NCBI GenBank assembly: GCA_024275075.1
Contig: JAJRZU010000043.1
Span: forward strand, 6,696 to 70,695
Reading direction: 5' to 3'
DNA length: 64,000 nt
DNA from: Deltaproteobacteria bacterium
GTDB taxonomy: Bacteria > Desulfobacterota > JAJRXV01
A program made the position numbers and the translations under genes. This document shows, piece after piece, positions 21,070-32,152 of the stretch (the stretch's first letter is position 1; each line of letters opens with the position of its first letter). The notes beneath the pieces were generated by a model. The model saw only the letters and a program-made list of their open reading frames with translations, was not told the DNA's origin and made no database searches.

Positions 21070-22923
21070 ATGAAAAAAACTGTTTCAGGTGCAAATAACG
21101 GTTCCGTCAGGTTGACCGACACTACGCTCAGGGATGCGCACCAATCGCTCTGGGCGACAAGGATGCGGATCGAGGATATCTTACCGATCGCAAAGAGGAT
21201 CGATAACATCGGTTATCATTCCGTCGAGGTATGGGGCGGAGCTACTTTCGATGTGTGCCTGAGATTCTTGAACGAGGATCCGTGGGAACGCCTGAAATCT
21301 ATGAAGAAGATATTCAAGAAGACCCCCTTGCAGATGCTCTTACGCGGTCAGAACATTGTCGGTTATACTAATTATCCCGACGATGTACTCAAAGCGTTTG
21401 TCAATAAAGCCGCGCAAGACGGTATAGACATTTTCCGGATATTTGATGCGTTGAACGATGTAAGGAACCTGAAGAAAGCGATAGAGTTTGTCAGGAAAGC
21501 CGGTAAGCACGCGCAGGGCAACGTCTGCTACACGATCAGCCCGGCGCATGACATCAACTCATACGTCAAGTGCGCGAAGGAGCAGGTGGAGATCGGTATC
21601 GATTCCCTTTGCATAAAGGATATGTCCGGTATCCTGACCCCTTACATCGCGTATGAGCTTGTCTCGAGGCTGAAGGATGCCATAGACGTACCGATACAGC
21701 TCCACTGCCACTCATCGAGCGGGATGGCTACCGTTACGTATGTAAAGGCGATCGAGGCCGGTATCGACATAATCGACTGCGCCGTTGCGCCGCTGGCTCT
21801 ATACACCTCCCAGCCACCGGTAGAGAGCATCATAGCTATCCTTCGTGACACACAGTACAAGACTAACCTTAACCTGAAACTGGTGAACGAGGTCTCAGAG
21901 TATTTTGAGAAGATCGCGTCAAAGAGGCACCTAAAAAGAATACGGCAGTCGATGATCGACATCAATGTCATCATCCATCAGATACCAGGCGGCATGATGT
22001 CAAACCTTATCGTGCAGCTTGAGAACCAAAAAGCGCTTGACAAGTTAGAAGAGGTGCTGAACGAGATACCAAAGGTGCGCGAGGAGTTAGGGTTCCCGCC
22101 GCTGGTCACGCCGACCTCCCAGATAATCGGGATACAGGCCGTGTTGAACGTCCTGATGGGTAAGCGCTACAAGATAGTGCCGAATGAGGTGAAGAACTAC
22201 GTGAAGGGCTATTACGGGAAGTCACCGGTACCGATAAAACCGGCTATGCTGAAAAAGATATTAGGCGATGAGAAACCGATAACGTGCCGACCGGCAGATA
22301 TGTTAGCCCCCCTGATGGGCAAGGTGAAGAAGTCTCTGGCAAAGGAATATGTGACGAAGGATGAGGATTACATCTCCTACGCATTGTTCCCGAAGGCGTC
22401 TTTGAGCTTCTTCAAGAAGCGTAAGGATCCGGAGAAGTACATGGAGGAACCGCCCGAAGAGGCGAAACTCCTGCCAAAGGACGAAGCAGTAGAGATGGAA
22501 GAGGTGCTTCAGGATGTCGCGCAATACGTTATGGGTAAGAACATCGGTGAGGCGTCGTTTGAGACCGAGAAGTACAATATCCGGCTCAAGAGCAATATAA
22601 AGAGCGTCATAAAGATGATTGAAGAAGTCAAGGAAGATGAAACGGTGAAGACCAGCAAGAAGGTGATCGAGGATGACGCCGGTTACGTAAAGGTAGTCTC
22701 CCCGATGATCGGCACCTTTTACCGGTCGCAGTACCCCGGTGCGAAGCCATTTGTTAAAGAGGGCGAGAGAGTGAAGAAGGGTGACACGCTTTGTATCGTC
22801 GAGGCTATGAAGCTTATGAACGAGATAAAAGCGCCGGTCAGCGGAACGGTAAAAACAATTTTAGTAGAGAATGCCAAGCCTTTGGAGAAGGGTCAGGTAA
22901 TGTTCTACCTGGAGAAAAAATAG
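21070..22923 (+). CDS. pycB: Pyruvate carboxylase subunit B / oxaloacetate decarboxylase alpha-type (carboxyltransferase 5S plus biotinyl domain)
   Basis: 617 aa with an HMGL-like TIM barrel (DTTLRDAHQSL) and a C-terminal biotinyl-lysine motif CIVEAMKLMNEI. Followed by a biotin carboxylase gene. Confidence 0.8.
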   Translation: MKKTVSGANNGSVRLTDTTLRDAHQSLWATRMRIEDILPIAKRIDNIGYHSVEVWGGATFDVCLRFLNEDPWERLKSMKKIFKKTPLQMLLRGQNIVGYTNYPDDVLKAFVNKAAQDGIDIFRIFDALNDVRNLKKAIEFVRKAGKHAQGNVCYTISPAHDINSYVKCAKEQVEIGIDSLCIKDMSGILTPYIAYELVSRLKDAIDVPIQLHCHSSSGMATVTYVKAIEAGIDIIDCAVAPLALYTSQPPVESIIAILRDTQYKTNLNLKLVNEVSEYFEKIASKRHLKRIRQSMIDINVIIHQIPGGMMSNLIVQLENQKALDKLEEVLNEIPKVREELGFPPLVTPTSQIIGIQAVLNVLMGKRYKIVPNEVKNYVKGYYGKSPVPIKPAMLKKILGDEKPITCRPADMLAPLMGKVKKSLAKEYVTKDEDYISYALFPKASLSFFKKRKDPEKYMEEPPEEAKLLPKDEAVEMEEVLQDVAQYVMGKNIGEASFETEKYNIRLKSNIKSVIKMIEEVKEDETVKTSKKVIEDDAGYVKVVSPMIGTFYRSQYPGAKPFVKEGERVKKGDTLCIVEAMKLMNEIKAPVSGTVKTILVENAKPLEKGQVMFYLEKK

Positions 22924-22924
22924 T

Positions 22925-24310
22925 ATGTTTAGCAAGATTCTCATAGCGAACAGGGGCGAGATCGCCGTACGAATAATAAGAACGTGTAAGCGGCTTGGTA
23001 TAAAGACCGTCATCGTGCTTTCTGAAACCGACAAGGAGACTCTTGGCGCGAAGCTTGCCGACGAGGCGGTGCTGATCGGCGGCAAAACGTCATCTGAAAG
23101 CTACCTTGATATGAACAAGATCCTTCAGGCGGCAAGGATAACCTCGTGCGACGCTATTCACCCGGGTTTCGGGTTCCTCGCCGAGAATGCCGAATTTGTC
23201 AAGAAGTGCGCGAAGCATAACTTAACCTTCATCGGCCCTACTGCTGACCATATATCGAAGATGGGTAACAAGTCGTTTGCGAAGAAGACTATGCAAAAGG
23301 CGAAGATACCGATAATCCCCGGCAGCGAAGGTACGGTAAAAGACCTTGCCGGCGGCATCAAGGAAGCGAAGCGGATCGGGTACCCGATAATGATCAAAGC
23401 TTCAGCGGGCGGCGGCGGCAAGGGTATGCGGATCGTCAATTCGCAAAAAGAGCTGAGCAGCCTGTTTAATGTAGCGAAGCATGAAGCGGAGTCTTTTTTC
23501 GGTTCCGATGAGATATACTTCGAGAAATATATCGCGAATCCGCGCCACTTAGAGGTGCAGATAATCGCAGATAAATACGGCAATGTCATACACTTAGGGG
23601 AGCGTGACTGCTCTATCCAGAGGCGCTACCAGAAGCTGCTCGAGGAGTCGCCGTCGCCGTCTATTAGCGCAAAGCTCAGGAAAGAGCTCTGCGACAACGC
23701 GGTCAGGATCGTCAAGACTATCGGTTATGAGAATGCCGGTACGGTGGAGTTCATCGTCGATTCTGATAACAAGTTCTACTTCATGGAGATGAACACGCGG
23801 ATACAAGTCGAGCACCCTGTGACAGAGGCGGTTACCGGTATCGATATCGTAGAAGAGCAGATCCGTGTCGCGGCCGGCGAGAAACTCTTGGTTACCCAAA
23901 GCAAGATAAAATTCAGCGGCCACGCTATCGAGTGCAGGATAAACGCCGAGGATTATTTCAATAATTTCACACCTTCTCCCGGGACGATAAAAAGATTCAT
24001 ACTGCCCGGCGGACAGGGCGTGAGGACAGACACCCACGTGTTCCAGGGGAGCGTTATCTCACCGCACTTCGACTCGATGATCGCGAAACTTATCGTACAC
24101 GGCAAAACGAGAACCGAAGCGATAAACAGGATGAAGACAGCGCTATCTGAGTTCAAGATAGAAGGTATCGAAACGACTATCCCGCTCCATAAGAGCATAA
24201 TGAAGAACAGCGATTTTATTGACGGAAACGTGACGACGAGCTTTATCACCGATTCACTGAAACTCGACGAAAAACTCTTCATAGAGATAGAACTCACCGT
24301 CGAACATTAG
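22925..24310 (+). CDS. pycA: Biotin carboxylase (pyruvate carboxylase subunit A / AccC-like)
   Basis: 461 aa with KILIANRGEIAVRIIRTC and an ATP-grasp fold (MIKASAGGGGKGMRIV). C-terminal biotin carboxylase domain present. Confidence 0.85.
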   Translation: MFSKILIANRGEIAVRIIRTCKRLGIKTVIVLSETDKETLGAKLADEAVLIGGKTSSESYLDMNKILQAARITSCDAIHPGFGFLAENAEFVKKCAKHNLTFIGPTADHISKMGNKSFAKKTMQKAKIPIIPGSEGTVKDLAGGIKEAKRIGYPIMIKASAGGGGKGMRIVNSQKELSSLFNVAKHEAESFFGSDEIYFEKYIANPRHLEVQIIADKYGNVIHLGERDCSIQRRYQKLLEESPSPSISAKLRKELCDNAVRIVKTIGYENAGTVEFIVDSDNKFYFMEMNTRIQVEHPVTEAVTGIDIVEEQIRVAAGEKLLVTQSKIKFSGHAIECRINAEDYFNNFTPSPGTIKRFILPGGQGVRTDTHVFQGSVISPHFDSMIAKLIVHGKTRTEAINRMKTALSEFKIEGIETTIPLHKSIMKNSDFIDGNVTTSFITDSLKLDEKLFIEIELTVEH

Positions 24311-24314
24311 GGCG

Positions 24315-25178
24315 TCATCCCCGGGATAACTTTATCAACCGTTTCAGATTGACTACATCGCTTTCAACACCTTTCTCCTTTGGTGTCTCAAGGATCTTCG
24401 GGATGGCCGCGAACCGGTCATCGCGCATGATGAGCGCAAACGGCAGGTCGCCGAGCGTGCCCTTACCGATATGCTCGTGCCGGTCGACCCTGCTGCCAAG
24501 CCCCTTCTTCGCGTCGTTTAAGTGGAAGCAGAGCAGGTTACTGATCCCTAATATCGTATCAAACGCGTCCATCGTCGATTCGTAAGACTCTTTTGAAGTT
24601 ATGTCGTAGCCCGCGACGAAGGTATGGCACGTATCGTAGCAGTAACCGAGCCTTGCGCTATCCGCTACATTATCGTAAATCGTCCGCAGATGCTCGAAGC
24701 GGTAACCGAGATTTGTGCCCTGACCGGCTGTAGTCTCAAGCAGTATCTTCACCTTGAACCCCGCCGCCATATTGTGTACAATATCAAGCGCCTTCGCGAC
24801 CTTCAAAAGACCGGTATCGTCACCGGTACCCATGTGTGAGCCTGGGTGCATCACCAGGTACGGTATCTCGAGCTGTTCGCAACGTTTCAGCTCGTCGAAT
24901 ATCGTATCTATCGATTTGCGCCACAGCTTGTCATTCGGGGACGCCAGGTTGATGAGGTAGCTGTCGTGCGCGATGACCGGTGCTATACCGGTGCGGCCGA
25001 CCTCGGCGATGAACCTCTTCGCGTCGTCATCTGATATCGGTTTGGCCTGCCACCGGCTCGCGTTCTTCGTGAATATCTGGATCGTCGCGCAACCCGCCTG
25101 CTCACCCGCCGTAAGAGCGTTATATACACCGCCTGCGATCGATTTATGCGCCCCGATGAGCGGCCTGTCCTTATTCAT
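24315..25178 (-). CDS. nfo: Endonuclease IV (AP endonuclease family 2)
   Basis: 287 aa with IGAHKSIAGG, HDSYLINL and ELKRCEQL motifs matching Nfo. Confidence 0.85.
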   Translation of the reverse strand: MNKDRPLIGAHKSIAGGVYNALTAGEQAGCATIQIFTKNASRWQAKPISDDDAKRFIAEVGRTGIAPVIAHDSYLINLASPNDKLWRKSIDTIFDELKRCEQLEIPYLVMHPGSHMGTGDDTGLLKVAKALDIVHNMAAGFKVKILLETTAGQGTNLGYRFEHLRTIYDNVADSARLGYCYDTCHTFVAGYDITSKESYESTMDAFDTILGISNLLCFHLNDAKKGLGSRVDRHEHIGKGTLGDLPFALIMRDDRFAAIPKILETPKEKGVESDVVNLKRLIKLSRG

Positions 25179-25461
25179 AGCGTCTCCATTTGGTTACTTC
25201 TTGTCTACCATATTTTAGGCCTTAAGCCAAATAGAATATTTTACATATTTTCAAAAATGCTGATGTTGTAACTTAAGACCCTGCACGGCCTTAAAATGTC
25301 CCATCAATGGCGGGGAGTTTTTTAAGGCTGTGCAGAGGCCTTAATAAATAAAATTGGGGTGACATCAGAATATTTGCGAAGTGTGTAGGCAAAAAAAATC
25401 TTGTAAATATGGTCATATTATGTTAGTAAAGTGAGCAAAAAAAGAAGGAAGACAGGTACAG

Positions 25462-26796
25462 ATGGCAGATATAAAACCGTTTAGGGGTATTGTTTACAAT
25501 GAGGAGAATGTCTCATCATTAAAGGATGTTACGACCCCGCCTTATGATGTGATAACGAAAGAGGAGCAAGAGCGTTTTTATGCGGAGAGCGCGCATAACG
25601 TTGTCCGGCTGATCCTTGGCAGGCAGGGTGAGCTTGACAATTCAAATGATAACAGGTACACGCGGGCGGCGGCGTTTTTTGGTGACTGGTTGTCCGCGGG
25701 CGTTCTGACCAGGGACGATGATGAGCTGATATACCTTTACCAGCAGGATTACAAAGGGGCGGACGGTACGATGAAGACGCGCACCGGTTTCATCGCGCTT
25801 GCCAGGTTGGAGGATTTCTCTTCGGGTAAGATACTGCCGCATGAGAAGACGCTTGCCGGCCCACGTTCGGACAGGCTGAAGCTGATGGAGGCGTGTCACA
25901 GCAATTTTTCTCAGATATTCACGTTGTATTCGGACAAGGAGCTAACGGTAAACGCGCTTCTCTCAAATTGCTCCCGCGGCGCGGCGCCGGACATGGAAGT
26001 GACCGACGACGCGGGCGTTACTCACCGGATATTCAAGATCGGTGATCCTGATGCGATAGCGAAGATCGTTCGGATAATGAAGGAGAAGAACCTGTTTATC
26101 GCCGACGGCCATCACCGGTACGAGACGGCTTTGAATTTCAGGAACATAATGCGCAAAAGGCGCGATATTCCCGCGGACAGCCCGTACAATTACGTTATGA
26201 TGTATTTCTCTAACATGGATGATGACGGGCTGGTGGTCTTCCCGACTCACAGGGTGCTTTTTAATTTGCAGGGCTATCAGATGGACTTCCTGAAGAGTGA
26301 GGTCGGTAAGTACTTCACCGTGACAACGTATCCGTTTAGCGGCAATGATGAGGAGAGCGTCACTAATGAGTTTTACAGCAAGCTCGAGGAAGAGGGCGGC
26401 TCGAAGCACGCTTTTGGTATGTACTGCAAGGGTGATGACCATTACAGCCTTTTGGTGCTGGATGACGGCGGCAAGGTGGACGGGATACTGCCCGATGACA
26501 TGGATGCGAACCTGAAGAGCCTTGATGTGACCATCTTGCACTCGGTTTTGATCGACCACCTCTTAGGTGTCGGTACGGCGGCGCAGGAGAACCAGGAGAA
26601 CCTGAAATATGTGAAGGAGAGCGGGAAGGCGATCCGGCTTGTGAAGGATGGGGACTACCAGGTGGCGTTCATATTGAACCCGACAAAGATAGAGCAGGTC
26701 AAAGCCGTTGCGAGCTCTGGCAACAAGATGCCGCAAAAGTCTACGTTCTTTTACCCGAAGCTTCTGACCGGGCTTGTCATCAACAAACTGGATTGA
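25462..26796 (+). CDS. DUF1015 family protein
   Basis: 444 aa with the N-terminal MADIKPFRGIVYN signature of DUF1015. Confidence 0.7.
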   Translation: MADIKPFRGIVYNEENVSSLKDVTTPPYDVITKEEQERFYAESAHNVVRLILGRQGELDNSNDNRYTRAAAFFGDWLSAGVLTRDDDELIYLYQQDYKGADGTMKTRTGFIALARLEDFSSGKILPHEKTLAGPRSDRLKLMEACHSNFSQIFTLYSDKELTVNALLSNCSRGAAPDMEVTDDAGVTHRIFKIGDPDAIAKIVRIMKEKNLFIADGHHRYETALNFRNIMRKRRDIPADSPYNYVMMYFSNMDDDGLVVFPTHRVLFNLQGYQMDFLKSEVGKYFTVTTYPFSGNDEESVTNEFYSKLEEEGGSKHAFGMYCKGDDHYSLLVLDDGGKVDGILPDDMDANLKSLDVTILHSVLIDHLLGVGTAAQENQENLKYVKESGKAIRLVKDGDYQVAFILNPTKIEQVKAVASSGNKMPQKSTFFYPKLLTGLVINKLD

Positions 26797-26840
26797 TATT
26801 ATGCAGTTACTTTTCACTTTAGTTTTGGTATAATGTATAT

Positions 26841-27590
26841 ATGACAAATGACCGGCCACAACCTAACCACGATGAGACCTTAGATTCCTTCTTCAAGGGC
26901 AAGGTGAAGATATTCCAGAAGAAAAAGGGGTACCGGTTCTCTATCGACGCCGTTTTGCTGGCTGATTATGTGCTGCGGAAAAAATGTGATAATATTTTAG
27001 ATATCGGTACCGGGTGCGGCGTTGTGCCTTTGATGATCGCGAAGAAGAACCAGCACTGCCGCATCGTCGGCGTTGAGATACAGGATTCGCTGTATGACCT
27101 TGCGATAAGGAACATCACGGAGAACGGTTTTCAGGACCGCGTAACAATAATCAAGCATGACATAAGGGATATAAAGAGCGTCTTTTTGCAGGAGAGTTTT
27201 GATCTAATAATGGCTAACCCGCCTTATGTAAAGGTCGATTCGGGCAGGCTGAACCCCGAGGCGGAGAAAGCGATCGCGAGGCATGAGCTTACGATGTCTT
27301 TGTCAGACCTTGTAAGGACGATAAAATATCTTTTGACCCCGACTGGCAAAGCGGTGGTAATCTACCCGTCAAAGAGGGCGATCGACCTGATAGAAGAGCT
27401 TCGGCGGTGTAATATTGAACCGAAGTACATGCAGGTCATCTATTCCAGCGTCAATTCAGAGGGGAAGCTTGTGATTGTCGAGGCTACCAAATCCTCGAAA
27501 AAAGGCGGTTTGAAGATATTGCCGCCCTGCATCTTGTACAATTTGGATAACACCTATACCAAGGAGATAGAAAAAATACTTGCGGGATAA
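26841..27590 (+). CDS. trmN6: tRNA1(Val) (adenine37-N6)-methyltransferase TrmN6/YfiC-like
   Basis: 249 aa with FKGKVKIFQKKKGYRFSIDAVLLADYV, SAM motif ILDIGTGCG and NPPY (MANPPYVKV). Confidence 0.7.
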   Translation: MTNDRPQPNHDETLDSFFKGKVKIFQKKKGYRFSIDAVLLADYVLRKKCDNILDIGTGCGVVPLMIAKKNQHCRIVGVEIQDSLYDLAIRNITENGFQDRVTIIKHDIRDIKSVFLQESFDLIMANPPYVKVDSGRLNPEAEKAIARHELTMSLSDLVRTIKYLLTPTGKAVVIYPSKRAIDLIEELRRCNIEPKYMQVIYSSVNSEGKLVIVEATKSSKKGGLKILPPCILYNLDNTYTKEIEKILAG

Positions 27591-27931
27591 ACCTGATAAA
27601 GGCAGGAATGCCGGCGCATTTCACTTATTCAGGGTCTTTTCCCGTTTTTAATGGATTTCATAATAACCAGCTTCTTAGAAAGTGGTTATGAAGAAGGGCT
27701 TTGCCTGAAACTGTGAATAATAAAACAATCTTGATAACAAAACCTGAATCAGCAGACTGACCGCCACCCAAGGAGAGAGATGCTCTGATTCAAACGTTTT
27801 TTTATTTTTCCGTTAACACCACTTTTTGTCTTGACAATAATGAGCCTGCTATGCTAAATTAGTCCCTGTCAGTTTTCAGATATAAAATGTTTAAATGTTT
27901 AGTAAACTTAGATAATCTATTTACTTAAATT

Positions 27932-29122
27932 TTGGAGGGGAGCATGTCTGAAGAAAAGAAGGATGGCCAGGTAGAACAGCTAAAAAAGGACTTTCAAGTT
28001 ATAAAGGATTTTTTGCCAAGGGTTCTTGATTTTGTCAAAGAGCATAAGCGGAAACTCATTATTCTCGGCGCTGTTTTAGTTGCATTAGGGGCGTTATTCA
28101 CGTATAAGATGATTCACTACACCTCAGAGCCTGAGTTTTGCAACCTGTTTTGTCATGAAATGACCCCTGAGGTTGAGTCATGGGAGAATTCATTCCATTC
28201 TCAAAGGGGTGTCGATTGTAAAGAGTGTCATTATGGCGAGGGTATTATGGGGGTTGTTAAAGCTAAGTATTACGCACAGTTTCAGCTTCTGCATCATATC
28301 ACCGGTTCATATTCAAACAACCCGCTTTAAAAGGCGAAGGAGCACGGATTTGAGTTAGCCGCACAGAACATCCACAAGAAGGGTAATAAGGTCTATTACA
28401 TCAAAGCGCATGGATATGCCGCCGAAGTCATCAATTTTAACTGTAAAAGGTGTCACCCGAACGTATTTGACATAGTTAGATCATCAGGTCGGTCGGTCAG
28501 GATGGCTCATAAGCAGCATCTTGAGAAGGGTTATGAATGTACTGACTGTCACATGAATATCGTTCATGGCACAGATCCTGAGGGCTTGAACCTGCCGACG
28601 ATGTGGACGTGTTTCAAGTGCCACGATGATGATAAGGCTCCAAGGGAAGAGTGTGCGTTATGCCACGTCGGGCAAAAGGAGATGTGGGAAGGTGTCGGCG
28701 CGAAAGACATAGATGATGAATCTGCGATGATGCTTGACGAGGTGGAGTGTTCTGACTGCCATTTAGCAGAGGATGACTATATCCCGCCGAGGGATGGCGC
28801 GGTATGCGCAGAATGTCATGATGATGAATCGTATGCGGATACTCTTAAGGAGTGGCAGACGGAAGTCAAGTCAAAAGGCTTCAAGTTAAGAAATATTTTA
28901 GATGAGCTTGCGCAAAGGATGAAGAATATTCAAGAATCTAAGAGAAAAGTGCGTGATTATGATACAGCAAAGGATCTTTATAACAAAGCTACCTACAATG
29001 CCGCGATGATTGAGCATGATGGCAGTAAAGGCGCACATAATTACGATTATGCTGTCTCGATATTAGATGCAAGCCTTAAAATGGCCAGGGACGCAAGGAA
29101 GATATTAACTGCTGGAAAGTAA
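27932..29122 (+). pseudogene. NapC/NirT/NrfH-family membrane-anchored multiheme cytochrome c (8 CxxCH) interrupted by an in-frame TAA at 28328-28330
   Basis: ORFs 27932..28330 and 28502..29122 share a frame. The 171 nt between them is open and encodes another CxxCH (CKRCH). The N-terminus has a TM anchor plus CNLFCHEM...W..SFHS...CKECHY, typical of NapC/NirT. Confidence 0.6.
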
Positions 29123-29168
29123 TAAGTTATTGAATAGTTATAAATCATTTAGGGAGGGGAATAAATAA

Positions 29169-30371
29169 ATGTTACCGCGGTTAAAAGTTTTAATAGGTTT
29201 AATGTTTGTGACGGTCTTTTTATGTGGTTTGACGCTATCTTCTGATGTATCGGCCGCAGATAAGGAAAACTGTCTTATGTGTCATAAATACGCGGGCAAT
29301 GGGCGTTTTGATGACAAAGGCCACCGGAAGATATTTTATGTAAACGAGGAGGTCTTTAGAACTACCGTTCATGGCTTCTTAAGGTGCAGGCAGTGCCACC
29401 AGGACATCAACAAGATTCCACACATAGGCGCCAAGAAAGTAAATTGTACTGTTGACTGCCATCTGGTGGAGCCTTCCACGAAAGACTGGGGCGAGGAGAA
29501 GAAGAATTTTTCTCACGGGAAAGTCGCGGCAATATTCAATGTAAGCGTTCACAACCCAGAAACCAGAAGCGATGGCAAGAAAAGGAAGAACCCGGAGGAT
29601 GTTCCAACCTGCAAGTATTGCCATACAAACCCGAAATATTATACCGGTGCAACCGCACAAGCTGTTGCGGCTGAGAAGAGAGAGACCGCGGTGGTTAACG
29701 ACATCTGCGGGCAGTGCCATGAAAACCTTGAATGGGCAAAAAGATTCTATGGGCACTTTACAAGGCGTGTCAACAAAAGACGAGGCGCCGCCCAGATGGT
29801 TGAGCTGTGCTTAGGCTGCCACTCAGACGTCGAGCTGATGAACAGAAACGGCCTGCCCCCTATCAACGCTTTTGAGGATTCATTCCACTTTAAGGCTATC
29901 AAATTTGGAGATACAAGGGTGCCTGACTGTTTAGGCTGCCATGCTCCGCTTGGGTTCCCTGCTCACAGCATCAAAACCCTTGAGGATCCTGACTCCGCCG
30001 TCTATGCGCAAAACAGGTTACAGAACACCTGCGCGTTAGAAGATTGTCACGGGGCTAACACTACTGAGGACTTTGCATCAGGCCGTGTTCATAACATCGA
30101 CGTTGATGTCAGGGTTGGTAAGGGCTTATTAGAAGGTATGGCTACTGACTATATCAAGGAGACGATTGAAAAAGGAAACAAATTTGATGAGATTATGACC
30201 GAAAAGACCAGGGCAGGCGCTGGTACTGAGCTTGAGGTACTGATATTGAATCTCGTCAGGTTTGTGTATCTTTTCTTAATTATAGCGCCTACTTTGATCG
30301 GAATGTTTTTGCATCAAATCCTTGACTTATATTCAACGTTAAGGGATAGAAAGAAGGGGGGGCACCATTAA
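29169..30371 (+). CDS. Multiheme cytochrome c (about 6 CxxCH plus 2 variant motifs) with C-terminal TM anchor
   Basis: 400 aa with a signal peptide. Motifs: CLMCH, CRQCH, CKYCH, CGQCH, CLGCH x2, plus CTVDCH and CALEDCH. Hydrophobic C-terminal helix. Confidence 0.7.
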   Translation: MLPRLKVLIGLMFVTVFLCGLTLSSDVSAADKENCLMCHKYAGNGRFDDKGHRKIFYVNEEVFRTTVHGFLRCRQCHQDINKIPHIGAKKVNCTVDCHLVEPSTKDWGEEKKNFSHGKVAAIFNVSVHNPETRSDGKKRKNPEDVPTCKYCHTNPKYYTGATAQAVAAEKRETAVVNDICGQCHENLEWAKRFYGHFTRRVNKRRGAAQMVELCLGCHSDVELMNRNGLPPINAFEDSFHFKAIKFGDTRVPDCLGCHAPLGFPAHSIKTLEDPDSAVYAQNRLQNTCALEDCHGANTTEDFASGRVHNIDVDVRVGKGLLEGMATDYIKETIEKGNKFDEIMTEKTRAGAGTELEVLILNLVRFVYLFLIIAPTLIGMFLHQILDLYSTLRDRKKGGHH

Positions 30372-31228
30372 TGCTTATTTTTGATGATAATGAATTAGAA
30401 CCGACAAAAGAACAAGAAAATGAAGAAGATAAAATGGTCTCTTCTGAAGAATATGCCAGTGAGCCGGCTGCCGAAGACACTACGCATGATGAAGTTATCG
30501 ATGATGACTACTCTGATTTGGGGATAGACGAGCACGAAGAGTATATTGTCAGGATGACGAAGAATGAGAGGGTTCAGCACCTGATCCTGTTTATATGCGT
30601 TACTACGCTGGTAATAACCGGATTCGCTCTAAAGATACCAATCGATTATATCACTAAATTAGGATGGATCGGCGCGACTTTATTTAAAATAAGAGGGTAC
30701 GTGCATAGATTATTTGGTACCACCTTACTATTAGCCACCGTTTATCACTTTATCAACCTGGCAGTCTCGAAGGATGGCAGGCGCTATTTTAAAGAGATGG
30801 TGCCAAGGATAAAGGATGTTACTGATGGTATCCACAATATCTCTTTTATGTTAGGTTTCGCGAAAGAGCCGCCGAGGATGGAGTGGTTTGACTACAAAGA
30901 GAAGATCGAGTATTGGGCGCTTCAGGCTGGTACAATGCTTATCGGCACTACCGGGCTGATTCTCTGGTCTAACAGGAGATGGCCTCAGTTAGTAGTAAAC
31001 CTGGCTTATCTGATTCACGGTATGGAGGCTATCTTAGCAACGGGCGCCATCATTATCTGGCACTTTTACTATATACATTTCAAACCAGGCCAGTTCCCGA
31101 TGAACAGGACATGGATAGATGGCAAGATGTCGCTGGCTCATCTGAAGCATGAGCACAGGGCTGTCTATGATAGATATATGGCTGAGAGAAGAAGAGATAT
31201 GCAGCGCAAAAAAGATACTGAAGAATAA
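30371..31228 (+). CDS. Di-heme cytochrome b (Ni/Fe-hydrogenase / FdnI-type b cytochrome family) with acidic N-terminal extension
   Basis: 285 aa. Start overlaps the upstream stop (TAATG). About 60 aa of D/E-rich N-terminus, then ERVQHLILF..TG and four TM helices with conserved His. Confidence 0.55.
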   Translation: MLIFDDNELEPTKEQENEEDKMVSSEEYASEPAAEDTTHDEVIDDDYSDLGIDEHEEYIVRMTKNERVQHLILFICVTTLVITGFALKIPIDYITKLGWIGATLFKIRGYVHRLFGTTLLLATVYHFINLAVSKDGRRYFKEMVPRIKDVTDGIHNISFMLGFAKEPPRMEWFDYKEKIEYWALQAGTMLIGTTGLILWSNRRWPQLVVNLAYLIHGMEAILATGAIIIWHFYYIHFKPGQFPMNRTWIDGKMSLAHLKHEHRAVYDRYMAERRRDMQRKKDTEE

Positions 31229-31267
31229 TATCATTTAGGTGAAAACATTGTTTAGGAGGGGGCTAAA

Positions 31268-32152
31268 TTGTCTGTAAAAAAAGAAAAAACATTCTTAGGT
31301 ATAGTAAAGGGGATAATTGGCAGGATATTCTGTGTCAGCATGATGATCCTGACGGCTTGGACGCTGATCGTCCTTCTTCGAGGATTATACTTCCCAAAAA
31401 AAGTTGCTACAGTTATTAAGGAGTCAGGGAAAAAGGGTAGCGTACTTCAGGAAAAAATGAAAGAGATCACAGAGTCAAAAGATATCAGAAATCATTTTCA
31501 TAATGTTGATAAGTCTATCTTTGTTGAGGCGAAAGACCCGCCGCTTTGTTTGACATGCCATGGTAACCTGCCGCACACAAAAGCTCTGGAAATGAGAGCA
31601 TTGTTAAACATGCACACATATTTTATTGCCTGCGAGGTTTGTCATATCAGGAAAGAGGCTGATGATGACATATACTTTGCGTGGTATGATTTTGATACAA
31701 GGGAAGAAACTTATACTTTAGAGGGGCCTCCCGGAGATTATAACGCAAAGATAGTACCGGTAAGAAGGTTACCTGGAAAGAAAAAGAGAAGGTTAGACAC
31801 ACCTCTTAACGAGGATTACGCAAGGGACTTTATCGAAAGCGGTTATAAGTGGACATTAGAAGAGAGAGCTAAAGCTAAAGCTCTTATACATGAGGAGCAC
31901 ACTAAGCAACCGGTTCTTTGCAATGAGTGTCATACAAGCAAGAACGGGTATCTGCCTTTTGAAGACCTGCATTTATCTGAAAAAAGAGCGGGGCAACTTA
32001 GAGGCACGGCAGCCGCGGGAATGGTTGAAAGGTACATCAAATTCTACCTGCCGACTATGTTTGATCCGGCGCTCGTCAAGAAGAGAAAGCCATCTGAAAC
32101 CAAAAGTGACGCTTTGATGATTAGCGATGAAGAAATCTTTAATGTCAAATAA
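31268..32152 (+). CDS. Membrane-anchored c-type cytochrome (3 CxxCH)
   Basis: TTG start 6 nt after AGGAGGGGG. N-terminal TM helix, then CLTCH, CEVCH and CNECH. Confidence 0.6.
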   Translation: MSVKKEKTFLGIVKGIIGRIFCVSMMILTAWTLIVLLRGLYFPKKVATVIKESGKKGSVLQEKMKEITESKDIRNHFHNVDKSIFVEAKDPPLCLTCHGNLPHTKALEMRALLNMHTYFIACEVCHIRKEADDDIYFAWYDFDTREETYTLEGPPGDYNAKIVPVRRLPGKKKRRLDTPLNEDYARDFIESGYKWTLEERAKAKALIHEEHTKQPVLCNECHTSKNGYLPFEDLHLSEKRAGQLRGTAAAGMVERYIKFYLPTMFDPALVKKRKPSETKSDALMISDEEIFNVK

